64,000 nucleotides of DNA from an uncultured Holophagales bacterium (GTDB lineage: Bacteria; Acidobacteriota; Thermoanaerobaculia; Multivoradales; UBA5704). The notes under the pieces were generated by a model that was not told the origin of the DNA, did not search any database, and saw nothing but the letters and a program-made list of their open reading frames with translations. Below are positions 40,910 through 51,200 of the stretch, piece after piece. The DNA lies in contig CAWJGT010000001.1 of NCBI GenBank assembly GCA_963842525.1, positions 256,001 through 320,000 of the forward strand. The letters are read 5' to 3'. Position 1 is the stretch's first letter. Every line of letters starts with the position of its first letter. Made by a program: the position numbers and the translations under genes.

Positions 40910-42328
40910 CTAGCGGCTCATCCGCTGCTCGAGGATCTCATAGGCGCGCTTGAGGTCCACGCCCGGGGAGAACAGGATCTCGCGGACCTCACTCCAGCCT
41001 TCCCCTTCATTCATCCGGTACTTGACGCGGTCCTTCTCGGCCCACGCGACCAATTGATCCTGACCCGTCTTCGAAGCGAAGAGAGTGACCGGCCCGGCCC
41101 CGACCTCCGGGAGAGGGCGGCTGGACGCGACCCGGATCTGGAGCAGGTGGATGAGGGGCAGCGCGGGCGAGCCCGGCGCGACGGCGGCGAGGTCCGAGGA
41201 GCCATCGATCTCGATAATGTCTGCCCCGGCACTGGTTGTGGCCGTGGCGTTCGCGTTGCGGAGGCCGCGGCCGGAGAGCCGCGCACCGATGTCGATGATG
41301 TGCATGCGGGCAAGGCCGGCGAGGACTTTGAGCGGATCGGCGCCCTTGCGCTCCAGGATCTTGGCCCGGACCGCGTCGCCGATCGCCTGAGCGATCTCGG
41401 GCTGGAAGGCGCGCGCACCGATGTCGATGATGTGCATGCGGGCGAGGTCGGCGATCTGCGGCAGCTTGGCGGGATAGTTGAGCTGGTGGCCGATATCGAT
41501 GATGTGCATGCGGGCGTCGCCGGCGAGCTGCGCGAGCTGCGCGGGCAGGACATCGATCTCCAGGGAGACCATCCGCCGGGAGTCGGGAGAGGCAAAGGAC
41601 ACGACCACCGTCTGGCCGTCGCGCCCGGACTGGATCCGCAGCGACCGGAGAAGCTCGGTCGTGGGGTCGGCGCCACCATCCTCCCGTTCGGACACATCGT
41701 GACTGTTCAGGTTGAAGATCGGGCTCTTGCCGATGAACGTGCCGTTCTCGAGGATGATCGGCAGATAGAAGGCTTCGAAGTCGCCACGGCCGTTGTCCTC
41801 TTTCCAGACCACATGGAGGAAGGTGCGGTTGCGCGGCTCTGTCTCCCCGACCACCCGGTAGGTGTCGCGGGTGACCGCGATCCGGGGCGAGGTCTTGGCT
41901 GCGACGAAATTGCCGAGGATCTGGATCGGCGTGTTCCAACCGTCGTCATCGGCGAACCCGGCGAGCAGGAGCACGGGGTGGATCTGGTTGACCCGGCTTT
42001 CCCAGATCAGGAAGACCGTGTCCGAGGCCTCCTCGTACAGCAGGAAGGGCTGGCTCTCCTCGGCGGCTCCGCCGGTCTGCGGCACGAGGTACCGCTCGAT
42101 GGGGGCGCCGGGCCGGACCACCTCGAGTGCCAGCACCGCGTCGCCACGGTCGGTGCCCCGGGGAGGCGCCCCCTGAAAGAGATCGCCGAAGATGCCCGAC
42201 CGGATCAGATAGAGCTCGCCGTGAGACCCCACGGTGGCCCCGGTGGCCTCGGTTTGGGCCTGCAGCGCGGGGACTGCCGCAAGGCCGAGGCTGAAGAAGA
42301 GTGCGAGAGAGCGAACGAGCGTCCTCAT
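40910..42328 (-). CDS. Exported hypothetical protein with three ARMHIIDIG repeats
   Basis: AAGGA RBS; signal peptide MRTLVRSLALFFSLGLAAVPALQA; beta-rich flanks around a helical repeat insert. Confidence 0.8.
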   Translation of the reverse strand: MRTLVRSLALFFSLGLAAVPALQAQTEATGATVGSHGELYLIRSGIFGDLFQGAPPRGTDRGDAVLALEVVRPGAPIERYLVPQTGGAAEESQPFLLYEEASDTVFLIWESRVNQIHPVLLLAGFADDDGWNTPIQILGNFVAAKTSPRIAVTRDTYRVVGETEPRNRTFLHVVWKEDNGRGDFEAFYLPIILENGTFIGKSPIFNLNSHDVSEREDGGADPTTELLRSLRIQSGRDGQTVVVSFASPDSRRMVSLEIDVLPAQLAQLAGDARMHIIDIGHQLNYPAKLPQIADLARMHIIDIGARAFQPEIAQAIGDAVRAKILERKGADPLKVLAGLARMHIIDIGARLSGRGLRNANATATTSAGADIIEIDGSSDLAAVAPGSPALPLIHLLQIRVASSRPLPEVGAGPVTLFASKTGQDQLVAWAEKDRVKYRMNEGEGWSEVREILFSPGVDLKRAYEILEQRMSR

Positions 42329-42338
42329 CTCGATATCC

Positions 42339-43244
42339 TTACGCGTGCAGGTTGACCAGCTTGCGGACATCCACCGCCAGCAGGAAGCCGGGCAGGTAGG
42401 TCGCGTCCGGGTAATACTCCCGCTGCAGGCGGGTGAAGTAGCTGCGGGCCGTTGCGACACGGCCCTCCAGGTTCTCCACCTCGCCGAGCAGATAGAGGGA
42501 GTTCTTCATGAAATCAGGCTCGCCGAGCTTCTCCGCCAGCTCCAGGGCGAGGACGCCATGGCGCCGCGCGTGGCCGTAACGGCCCACCTCCAGGTGGGCG
42601 AAGCACAGGTCGAGTCGGGGCGGAATCTGGTAGGTCTCCGGGCCGTGGCGACGCAGCAGCCGCAGGCTCTGGTGGAGCAGGATGAAGCCTTCGGCGAAGC
42701 GCTTCTGGAGGACGCGGCAATAGCCGAGGTTGTCGAGGATCATGCCGCGGGCGACGCCCGGCCCCTGGGGCATCAGCTCCAGGGCCCGCTCGTACTCGCC
42801 GGTGGCCTGCTCGACGTAGCTCTCGGCCAGCAGGGTGTTGCCGATCAGGTTGTGGCTGGAGGCGAGCCAGTCGCGGCGGCCGAGGGTCTCGGAGCGCTCG
42901 CGGGCGATGCGGGCATAGAAGAGGGCCTTCTTATAGCTCTTGGTCAGCTCGTAGAAGCGCGCCAGGTTGTAGGCGGCGACACGGCAGTTGACCGGATCAC
43001 CGTTGCGCATCAGGATCTCGCGCAGCCGCGGCAGCTCCCCGTCCCCATGTCCCAGCTCGATGGCGGCAGCCGCCCGGTTGCACAGCGCGAGGTCGATCTG
43101 GCGGTCGTCGCCGTGCTCGCGGGCCCAGGCGAGGGCGCGATCGAAGAGATCCTCCGCCTCCTCGATCCGGCCAGCGTCAATAGCTGCGGCCCCTCGGTCC
43201 CGCAGCTCCTCGAAGGTGAGTCGCACCCCTTGCTCCATACCCAT
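42339..43244 (-). CDS. Cytoplasmic TPR protein
   Basis: Successive TPR-like helical pairs (AAYNLARFY, SHNLIGNTL, ILDNLGYC, SLYLLGEV). Confidence 0.82.
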   Translation of the reverse strand: MGMEQGVRLTFEELRDRGAAAIDAGRIEEAEDLFDRALAWAREHGDDRQIDLALCNRAAAAIELGHGDGELPRLREILMRNGDPVNCRVAAYNLARFYELTKSYKKALFYARIARERSETLGRRDWLASSHNLIGNTLLAESYVEQATGEYERALELMPQGPGVARGMILDNLGYCRVLQKRFAEGFILLHQSLRLLRRHGPETYQIPPRLDLCFAHLEVGRYGHARRHGVLALELAEKLGEPDFMKNSLYLLGEVENLEGRVATARSYFTRLQREYYPDATYLPGFLLAVDVRKLVNLHA

Positions 43245-43274
43245 CCTTTCGGCCTTTCCGGCCTTCCGGCTCCC

Positions 43275-43664
43275 CTACTCCTCGGAGCCCTCGCTTTGAC
43301 GACCGCCCTGGGCGTGCTTGAACGCGATGAAGTCCTCGACCTCGCGTTGCGCGTCCTCCGGCAGGGCTTTGAGTTGCTCGACCAGCTGCAGGTCGCGCGG
43401 CGTGATGGACTCCTGCGCGATCTCCTCGAAGAACTGGCCGATGCTCAGCTTGAACTCGGCCAGGATGCGGAACAGGGTGTCCAGGCTCACCCGGTACTCC
43501 CCCTGCTCCATGCGGGACAGGTCCGACTGCTGGATCCCCAGCCGGGACGACAGCTCGACCTGCGTGAGCTTGTGCTCCTTGCGCAGTTGGCGGATCTTCC
43601 GCCCCACGAGCTGGACCTGGTGAACGTGTTGGGTCATCTCGATCGGAGAAGTCCTGAGCGCCAT
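43275..43664 (-). CDS. XRE-family HTH regulator (alternative start 43637)
   Basis: GRKIRQLRKEHKLTQVELSSRLGIQQSDLSRMEQGEY. Confidence 0.92.
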   Translation of the reverse strand: MALRTSPIEMTQHVHQVQLVGRKIRQLRKEHKLTQVELSSRLGIQQSDLSRMEQGEYRVSLDTLFRILAEFKLSIGQFFEEIAQESITPRDLQLVEQLKALPEDAQREVEDFIAFKHAQGGRQSEGSEE

Positions 43665-43702
43665 ATATGCTACGCTATCATATCAGCGGGGCCTGCTGCA
43701 CA

Positions 43703-43731
43703 ATCCTAAGACTCCCCCGCGGGGCTGTCAA
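43703..43731 (-). promoter_or_regulatory. Sigma70-type promoter of the XRE-TPR operon; candidate operator ATATG-N9-CATAT at 43665-43683
   Basis: Minus strand TTGACA-N17-TAGGAT; AT-rich inverted repeat just downstream. Confidence 0.6.
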
Positions 43732-43777
43732 CCTTATTTCATGTCGTTTTGCCCAGAGGAGAGGACCGGACACACCC

Positions 43778-44548
43778 GTGCGCTACCACATGTTCCTCCT
43801 CCGGGAGCTCGTCCGGCGCGATTTCCAGGGGCGCTACGCCGGCTCGGTCCTCGGCTTCGTCTGGTCGCTGCTCCAGCCGCTCTGGCTGATCGCCCTCTTC
43901 ACGTTCGTCTTCTCGACGGTGATGAAGGTGAGCCTGGTGGGCGCGCGCACCGAGCACTTCGCCCTCTTCCTCTTCGCGGGGCTGCTGCCGTGGACCGCCA
44001 TCCAGGAAGGGGTGCAGCGCGCCTCGACCGCCATCACCGACAACGCGAGCCTGGTCAAGAAGCTGCGCTTCCCGGCGGAGATCCTGGTCCTGGCCGTCGT
44101 CCTCGCCGCCCTGCTGCACCAGACCATCGCCGCCGGGATCTACGTCGGCGCTCTGCTCTGGACCGGCGACTTCCGCTGGGGCGGGCTGCCTCTGCTCCTC
44201 CTCGCCGTGCCTCTCCAGATCGGCCTCACCCTGGGCCTCGGGCTGCTGCTGTCGGCGGTCCACGTCTTCTTCCGCGACACGGCGCAGATCCTGGGCATGC
44301 TGTTCAACGTCTGGTTCTATCTGACGCCGATCGTCTATCCGCCGCACCTGGTGCCGGAGCGGTTCCGGCCCTGGATCGAGCTCAACCCGCTCACCGCCCT
44401 GGTCGACCTCTACCGGCAGGCCTTCCTCGGCGGCAAGCCGTCCCTGGTGCCGGGGTGGGGAGCCCTGGCCGCGGTGGCGGCCGTGCTACTATCCGCCGGC
44501 TTTGCCGTGTTCAGACGGCTCAAGGCCTCTTTCGTGGACGAGATCTGA
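43778..44548 (+). CDS. wzm: ABC-2 polysaccharide export permease
   Basis: RDFQGRYAGSVLGFVWSLLQPL, LVKKLRFP, FYLTPIVYP, LNPLT. Confidence 0.9.
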   Translation: MRYHMFLLRELVRRDFQGRYAGSVLGFVWSLLQPLWLIALFTFVFSTVMKVSLVGARTEHFALFLFAGLLPWTAIQEGVQRASTAITDNASLVKKLRFPAEILVLAVVLAALLHQTIAAGIYVGALLWTGDFRWGGLPLLLLAVPLQIGLTLGLGLLLSAVHVFFRDTAQILGMLFNVWFYLTPIVYPPHLVPERFRPWIELNPLTALVDLYRQAFLGGKPSLVPGWGALAAVAAVLLSAGFAVFRRLKASFVDEI

Positions 44549-44582
44549 ACCGGTCCTCCGGTTCGTGCAGGAGATGCAACGC

Positions 44583-46268
44583 ATGGTTTGGAAAACGCTT
44601 TTGATCGTTCTCTGCACGCTGTCGGCACCCGTGGGCTCGTGGGGCCAGTCGCCGCTCCAGCCCCCGGACGCCGCCGCGGCGGCGGAGGCGCTGCGCAAGG
44701 CGAAGGCCGCGGCCGCGGCCGAGCAGGCTGCGGAGGACGAGGACACGGTCCTTGTCCCGGCGGCCGGCGAGGAGGAGGTGCTGACCGACGAGCAGGGCCG
44801 GAAGTACGTCCTGCGCAAGCTGAAGAAGGAAGAGGGGAAGTACCGGCGCCTCGAAGGCAACGTGATCCGCACCATCTGGGGGATCCCCATCGAAGCGGTC
44901 AAGGAGGACGACCAGTACTTCTATTACAAGGACTACAAGGTGGAGCGCATCGTCGACGAGTTCACGGGGCCGACCCCGGAGGACCTGGCCAAGATCGAGG
45001 AGTCCTACCGCTTCGACACGCCGGAGAGCCACCGCCTGCGCTTCACCCCGTTCAGCCAGGGCCTGCCCGACTCCGGGCAGTGGCGCAACGGGTTCGACCT
45101 CGCGGACATGAACGAGGACGGCCACCTGGACATCGTGCACGGGCCGGCGCGCAAGAGCCTGGGCACCCCCTCCATCTTCCTCGGCGACGGCAAGGGCAAC
45201 TGGAGCCGCTGGAAGGAGGCGCGCTACCCGTCGCTGCCCTATGACTATGGGTACGCCCGCGCGGCCGACCTGAACGGCGACCGCCATCCGGACCTCGTCC
45301 TCGGCATGCACCTGCGCGGCGTCGTGGCCCTGCTCGGGGACGGCAAGGGCAACTTCACCAACTGGAGCCGCGGCCTCGAGCTCCGCAGCGGCGAGGACAA
45401 AGAGTCATTCACCTCGCGCGCCCTCGAGGTCGTGGACTGGAACGGCGACCGCCGCCCCGACATCCTCGCCCTGGGCGAGGGGCCGCGCCTGATGCCGGGC
45501 CGGCGTGATCCCTCCGAGGCCAGGGAATCCTCCGGGATCCTGCTCTACCTCAACCAGGGAGACGGGAGCTGGAAGATGGACGACCGGGTCGTCGGCCCGG
45601 GCCATATCCACGGCGACGCGATCGCCCTCGGGGATTTCGACGGCGACAAGAAGAAGGACTTCGCGACCGGCACCAATGCCATGGACCGCGCCGACCTGGT
45701 GAACCTGCACCGGAACGGCCCCAACAGCGCCTGGGAGGTCGTGGCGCTCGACGGCATCGTCCGCCCCCGCTCCTACGTGCGCGGGGTCGCCGCCGGCGAC
45801 TTCGACGGCGACGGCCGCGACGACCTGGCGCTGGGGATCGCAAGCGCGGAGATCGAGGGGTGGAAGACGGTGCTCGACGTCCTCTTCTCCCGCAAGGGCG
45901 GGAAGTGGGAGCGCCGCACCGTCTTTTCCGAGGACGGGCGGGACGGGATCACGGCGGTGGACATCGGCGACCTCGACGGCGACCGCAAGCTCGACCTGGT
46001 GGCCCTGATGGGCGAGGGTACGACGCTGGTCTTCCTGGGCGACGGCAAGGGGAAGTTCACCCGCGAGGAGACCGGCATCGCGCCGTTCGAAGGAGGCTGC
46101 CGCGGCTACCACGTCCAGCTCGCCGATCTCGACGGCGACGGGCGGGACGAGATGGTGTCCGGCTTCGCGGGGGAGAGCTCCGCGCTGTTCGCGCCCGACC
46201 GGTGCCTCTCCGGAGGCGGTCTCCAGGCCTGGGACGCCGTGCGGGCGCAGCCGGAGGCGAAGAAATAG
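44583..46268 (+). CDS. Exported FG-GAP/VCBS repeat beta-propeller protein
   Basis: Signal peptide; seven DxDGD-type Ca-binding repeats (DMNEDGHLD, DLNGDRHPD, DWNGDRRPD, DFDGDKKKD, DFDGDGRDD, DLDGDRKLD, DLDGDGRDE). Confidence 0.88.
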   Translation: MVWKTLLIVLCTLSAPVGSWGQSPLQPPDAAAAAEALRKAKAAAAAEQAAEDEDTVLVPAAGEEEVLTDEQGRKYVLRKLKKEEGKYRRLEGNVIRTIWGIPIEAVKEDDQYFYYKDYKVERIVDEFTGPTPEDLAKIEESYRFDTPESHRLRFTPFSQGLPDSGQWRNGFDLADMNEDGHLDIVHGPARKSLGTPSIFLGDGKGNWSRWKEARYPSLPYDYGYARAADLNGDRHPDLVLGMHLRGVVALLGDGKGNFTNWSRGLELRSGEDKESFTSRALEVVDWNGDRRPDILALGEGPRLMPGRRDPSEARESSGILLYLNQGDGSWKMDDRVVGPGHIHGDAIALGDFDGDKKKDFATGTNAMDRADLVNLHRNGPNSAWEVVALDGIVRPRSYVRGVAAGDFDGDGRDDLALGIASAEIEGWKTVLDVLFSRKGGKWERRTVFSEDGRDGITAVDIGDLDGDRKLDLVALMGEGTTLVFLGDGKGKFTREETGIAPFEGGCRGYHVQLADLDGDGRDEMVSGFAGESSALFAPDRCLSGGGLQAWDAVRAQPEAKK

Positions 46269-46296
46269 GAGCGAAGAGAAAAAAGAGCCTGGAGGC

Positions 46297-46326
46297 TTGA
46301 CAGCTTCTGGTGAGGCTCTATATAGT
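46297..46326 (+). promoter_or_regulatory. Near-consensus sigma70 promoter ahead of a ~275-nt leader
   Basis: TTGACA at 46297; TATATA (16-nt spacer) or TATAGT (18-nt spacer). Confidence 0.65.
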
Positions 46327-46607
46327 GCGGCAGCATAAATCGGGCTGTAACCGGACGGGTGCTGCGGCCCGGGCCTTGGTGCCCTCACCGCTGCCGCCCA
46401 TCACGGATGAAGAAGAAGACGGAAGAAGACGGAAGAAGTCGGCGCGAGCCTGTTCGGAGCGCCCAAACATCAACGATGTATGATATGAGTACACAAAACT
46501 TTTAACGGGAGGTGATCGTTCTCTGGAGAGAGTGAGATTCACGGTTGGTTTCGCATTTGTTTACGATGTAACCGCAAAAACCAGGAGATCTAGGAGATCA
46601 TCCAACC

Positions 46608-47951
46608 ATGAAGAAACTCGTGCTTTGCCTCGCTGTGGCGGGTCTACTGGTCCTTGGGGGCCAGGCCAGCGCGATCATCGGCACCGTCGATGATGTGCCC
46701 GCGGCGACCCTGCTGCTGCCCTACTTCGAGGTCGACCTCGACAATGTGAACGGGGTTCAGACCCTGTTCTCCATCAACAACGCATCGGACGTGGCGGCCG
46801 TCGCCCACGTCGTGGTCTGGTCCGACCTGTCGGTGCCGGTGCTTGACTTCAACATCTATCTCACCGGCTACGACGTGGTCACGATCAACCTGCGCGACAT
46901 CTTCGTCAACGGCGCGCTGCCGCGCACCGCCTCGGCGGCCCAGGACACGGGCGAGGCGGAGCCGGATCCCAATCCGACTCCGACGGCCATCAGCAACCAG
47001 GGTCTGTTCTCCGATGACGTGACCTTCGCGAGCTGCACCGGCTTCCTGCCGCCTCCGACCCTGCCGGATGACTTCATCCTGCACCTGCAGAACTCGCTCA
47101 CCGGCCAGGCCTCCAACATCCTGTTGGTTGGCGGAGCCCCCGGCTGCGCGGGTCAGCGCCTGAACGACCGCATCGCCCGCGGCTACATCACGGTCGACAC
47201 GGTCAACTCCTGCAACCTCGACTTCCCCTTCACCCCCGGCTACTTCATCAATGGCGGCCTGGGCACTGCGACCAACCAGAACATCCTCTGGGGCGACTAC
47301 TTCTATGTGAACAGCGGCCAGAACTTCGCCCAGGGCGAGACGCTGGTCCACGTCGAAGCCAGCTCGACCGACCCCGAGGTCACGGTTCCTGGCGAGTACA
47401 CCTTCTACGGCCGGTACGTGGCCTGGGCCGCCGCGGACAACCGCGAGCCTCTGGCGACGAACTTCGGCGTGCGCTTCATCAACGGCGGCATCTTCAGCGG
47501 CGGCACCAGCATCCTGAGCTGGCGTGACGCGAAGGTCAACCAGGGCGCCTTCACCTGCCCGGCAGTCTCGGGCGTTCGCCCAGCCTGGTACCCGCTGGGC
47601 CAGGAACAGATCGTGATCTTCGACGAGGAAGAGAACCCCGAGGTTCCGAGCACGCTGCCGGTTTCGCCGCCGCGTCCTGGCACCTCTCTGATTCCCTTCC
47701 CGGCTGAAGCCAACCGCACGCGAGTCGACGGCCCGGGCCTCCCGGTGACGCCGAGCTTCGGCTGGCTGTTCCTCAACCTGAACCAGTCGAACGCGGTCGC
47801 CGGCGCCAATCCGCCGGAGGATCCGCTGGCTGCTCAGGCCTGGGTGACGGCTGTGATGGATGCCGAGGGCCGGTTCAGCGTCGGCTTCGACGCCATCCAG
47901 CTCGACAACGCCACCAACGCCAATCACATCCCGATTGGCAGCGGCGACTAA
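46608..47951 (+). CDS. Secreted protein, paralog 1 (candidate S-layer/major surface protein)
   Basis: Signal peptide, mature IIGTVDDVPAATLLLPYFEVD; acidic, G/T/N/P-rich, nearly Lys-free; own promoter and terminator. Function is inferred. Confidence 0.8.
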   Translation: MKKLVLCLAVAGLLVLGGQASAIIGTVDDVPAATLLLPYFEVDLDNVNGVQTLFSINNASDVAAVAHVVVWSDLSVPVLDFNIYLTGYDVVTINLRDIFVNGALPRTASAAQDTGEAEPDPNPTPTAISNQGLFSDDVTFASCTGFLPPPTLPDDFILHLQNSLTGQASNILLVGGAPGCAGQRLNDRIARGYITVDTVNSCNLDFPFTPGYFINGGLGTATNQNILWGDYFYVNSGQNFAQGETLVHVEASSTDPEVTVPGEYTFYGRYVAWAAADNREPLATNFGVRFINGGIFSGGTSILSWRDAKVNQGAFTCPAVSGVRPAWYPLGQEQIVIFDEEENPEVPSTLPVSPPRPGTSLIPFPAEANRTRVDGPGLPVTPSFGWLFLNLNQSNAVAGANPPEDPLAAQAWVTAVMDAEGRFSVGFDAIQLDNATNANHIPIGSGD

Positions 47952-47963
47952 GTCGTCCACTCC

Positions 47964-47996
47964 GGGTGGGCCCGGCTGCGCCGGGCCCACCCTTTT
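47964..47996 (+). terminator. Intrinsic terminator
   Basis: GGGTGGGCCCGG ctgcg CCGGGCCCACCC TTTT. Confidence 0.85.
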
Positions 47997-48202
47997 CTCC
48001 TCTCTCGATCCGCTCGTGGGTTGCTGCAACCTGAGGTGCGTCCGTGTGGACGTCGGGTTCCAGAAGCTCGGCGAGAGCTGCGTCCACTTCTACGGAAGGG
48101 CCGTTTCATGTACACTCGTCGATATACATGGCTTTACCTGGAGGAGACGATCGGTCCCGATCGACCGGTGGGCTCCAGGAGTTTTGGAAGGAGATCTTTG
48201 TG

Positions 48203-51200
48203 ATGGCGGATTCCTCTCCCTTCCCACGGCGCCCTTGGAGCCGGCTCTTCGCTGTGGCCCTCCTCGCGTTGCTCGGGGCCGCGGCCGTATCGTCGCCCCT
48301 TCAGGCCCAGCAGTGTGATCGGACCGGCTGCGGCCGGCTCAGCGGGGCATGCGGCGGGTTCTTTGCCAAACCCGCGCCGCAAAACCGGTGGACCGACCTC
48401 GAAGCCGTCGATCCCAGCCCCTTGCCGGTCACCCGCGACTCGACCAAGTTCAACCAGTCGGGGCAGGAGACGACCAACATCTTCGACTTCTTCAGTTGGT
48501 TCATGTCGGTCGACGTGGAGAACGGGTATCTGATCGGGGCCATCGCGCACGGGATCCAGATCTGGGACGTGCGCACCAACCCGAGCTCTCCGGTGCTGGT
48601 GTCGCAGTACAAGGGAGGGTGGGCAGCCCCCGCCGGCAACTGGCCGGAATGGGTCAACGATCCCCACGTCTTCTACCCCCTGTATGACGTCGACGCGCCC
48701 GCGGGCAAGGACAACGTGGCCGCGATCGTGGGGGAGGGCGGCATCGGCCTCACGATCTTCGATCTCACGGACAAGTCGCAGCCGAGGCTGGCCTACCGGA
48801 GCCACAAGAAGGACATGCGGCAGGTCTATGCGGCCACCATCGGCGGCGTCGACTACGCCTTCGGAGCCGCCTACCAGGGCGAGCCCTCGGGCGGTCTCTA
48901 CGTCTACAACATGACCGCCGCGAAGCAGTACTCGCTCTGCACCGAGGCCTGGCCGGCGGCGGGAGAGGCGGTCGCCTGCCCGGGCGTCTACGTCGGCAAG
49001 ACCGGCACGTTGACCAACGTCTATTACGTGGACGGCGTCGACAACTTCGTGGTCACCAGCGCGGGCGCGTCGCGCGGCTTCGAGATCCTGGACGTTTCGA
49101 ACCCCGCCAGCCCGCAGCAGAAGCTGAAGTCGCTCACGACCAGCAGCGTCTACGGCGTGGCCCTGTGGCGGGAGGGCGCCACCTACTATCTCGGCGCGAT
49201 CACCGACACCTCGCTGCGCATCTACGACGTGAGCTGCATCACCGGCTCGTGCTCGGGCCTCGGGGCGCCGCTCGCGACGATCCCCATGCAGCTCTCGACC
49301 CGCGAGGAGCTCCTCACCTTCTCGCGCAGCGGCGCCACGCCGTTCCTCTACGTCGGCTCGGACGACAACTGCCGGGGCGGCTCGCCGCAGCGCGAGTTCC
49401 TGTTCGACGTCTCGAACCCCGCGAGCCCTCGCAGCCTCGGCGGCCAGTCCTACTTCGACTGGTATTACCGGGGCAGCGCGACCGGCTTCAACCGCGTCGC
49501 TCCCCGCACGGCGAAGTTCAACAACGAGTACCTCTACCGGGCGGGCCTCTCGATCCTCGACATCCACAAGCTGCGCGTCGCGGGACCGCCGACGGCCGAT
49601 TTCACCCATGCCCCGACGGAGGTCTATCCGGGCACGCCGGTCCAATTCACGGACACGTCGACCGGCGGCGCGACGGGCTGGACCTGGACCTTCCCGCCGC
49701 AGGCCAGCGTCGCGGCCTCGCTCGTCCAGAACCCGGCCAACGTCACGTTCTCGACCACGGGCCCCTTCCCGGCGACCCTGCCGGTCAGCCTCGTCGTCAC
49801 GAACTCCGCCGGCACCAGCGCGCCGGCCCTCAAGACCGTGAAGGTGCTCGACCCGGCACCGCAGGTGGCCGACACCTCGGTGACGCCGCCGAGCCCGTAC
49901 GTCTGCCAGCCGATCACCTTCGAGGCCGAGGCCACGGGAAAGCCGAACCTCAGCTACGCCTGGACGATCACGCGCGACGGCGTGACCGCGCCGGTCAAGA
50001 CGGGCAGCGGCAACCCCTTCACCTGGAGCGACACCAACGCCGCGACGCCGGACGACTACACGGCCGTCGTCGAGGTGACGAACGGCGACAATCAGAAGAT
50101 CACCGCGCCGGCGACCTTCGTCCTCAATGCGTTGCCGGCCCTGCCCGCCGAGGGTGCCTTCGAGCCGGTGTGCACCAACTGCACGGCGGGCTCGCCGCCG
50201 TCCGGCACCGCCCTCCTGACAGTGAACGTGCCGGGAGCGACCGAGTGGTGCTGGGACTTCGGCGACGGCACGACGTTCCCTGCGGGCTGCGTCACCGCCG
50301 GCCTGATCTTCGGCACCTTCACCAGCGACCCGGAGAAGGGCCCGGCCACCTCGCACGTCTACACCACGACAGGCGCGAAGGCGGTCAAGGTGTACGTGAA
50401 GAACTGCGTCAACCTCGTGCCGCGCGCCGGCTCCCTGACCGTCAACATCACGCAGACCGAGCCGCTGGTGGCCGGCTTCCACCAGGTCGGCCTCTTCTGC
50501 CAGGCGCTCGGATGCTTCGGCTCCGTCAACCAGGCCATCACGTTCGAAGACTCCTCGACGGGCGCCGAGGTCTGGGACATCGACTGGAACGGCGACGGCT
50601 TCTCGGTCGGCACGGACAACCAGCTCGGGCTGACGGCCAGCGCCTTCACGAACAAGAGGATCACTCACACCTACACCTCCCCGGGCACGTACACCCCCAA
50701 GCTGCGGGTGAAGCGCGGCCTGGAGGTGAGCGACACCTACTCCCACACGCCGATCATCGTCAGCAGCTCCAACCCGGGACCGACGGCCTCGATCTCGGTC
50801 TCCGGCCCGGGCACCGGCAAGGTCAACACGAGCTACACGTTCGCCGCCTCGGCCACGGGCTGCACGCCGAATAACAGTTGGAGCTGGGGCGTCAGCGGGG
50901 GCACCATCGCCGGCGCCGCCGACGGCGCTTCGATCTCGGTCTCCTGGTCGAGCGCGGGGACGAAGACCGTCCAGGCCAGCAACAGCGGCTGCTCCGGCGT
51001 CCAGGGCTCGAAGCCGGTCTCCATCACGACCGACGACCCGGGGCCGGGCACCGGCACTCTCGAGGCGCAGTTCTCCTGGACGCCCACGACGCCCAAGTCG
51101 GGCGAGGCGGCCAGCTTCAACGGCTCGGCCTCGACCGGCGGTCCCGAGAGCTACGAGTGGAATTTTGGTGACAACACTCCCAACGCCAGCGGCGCCATCG

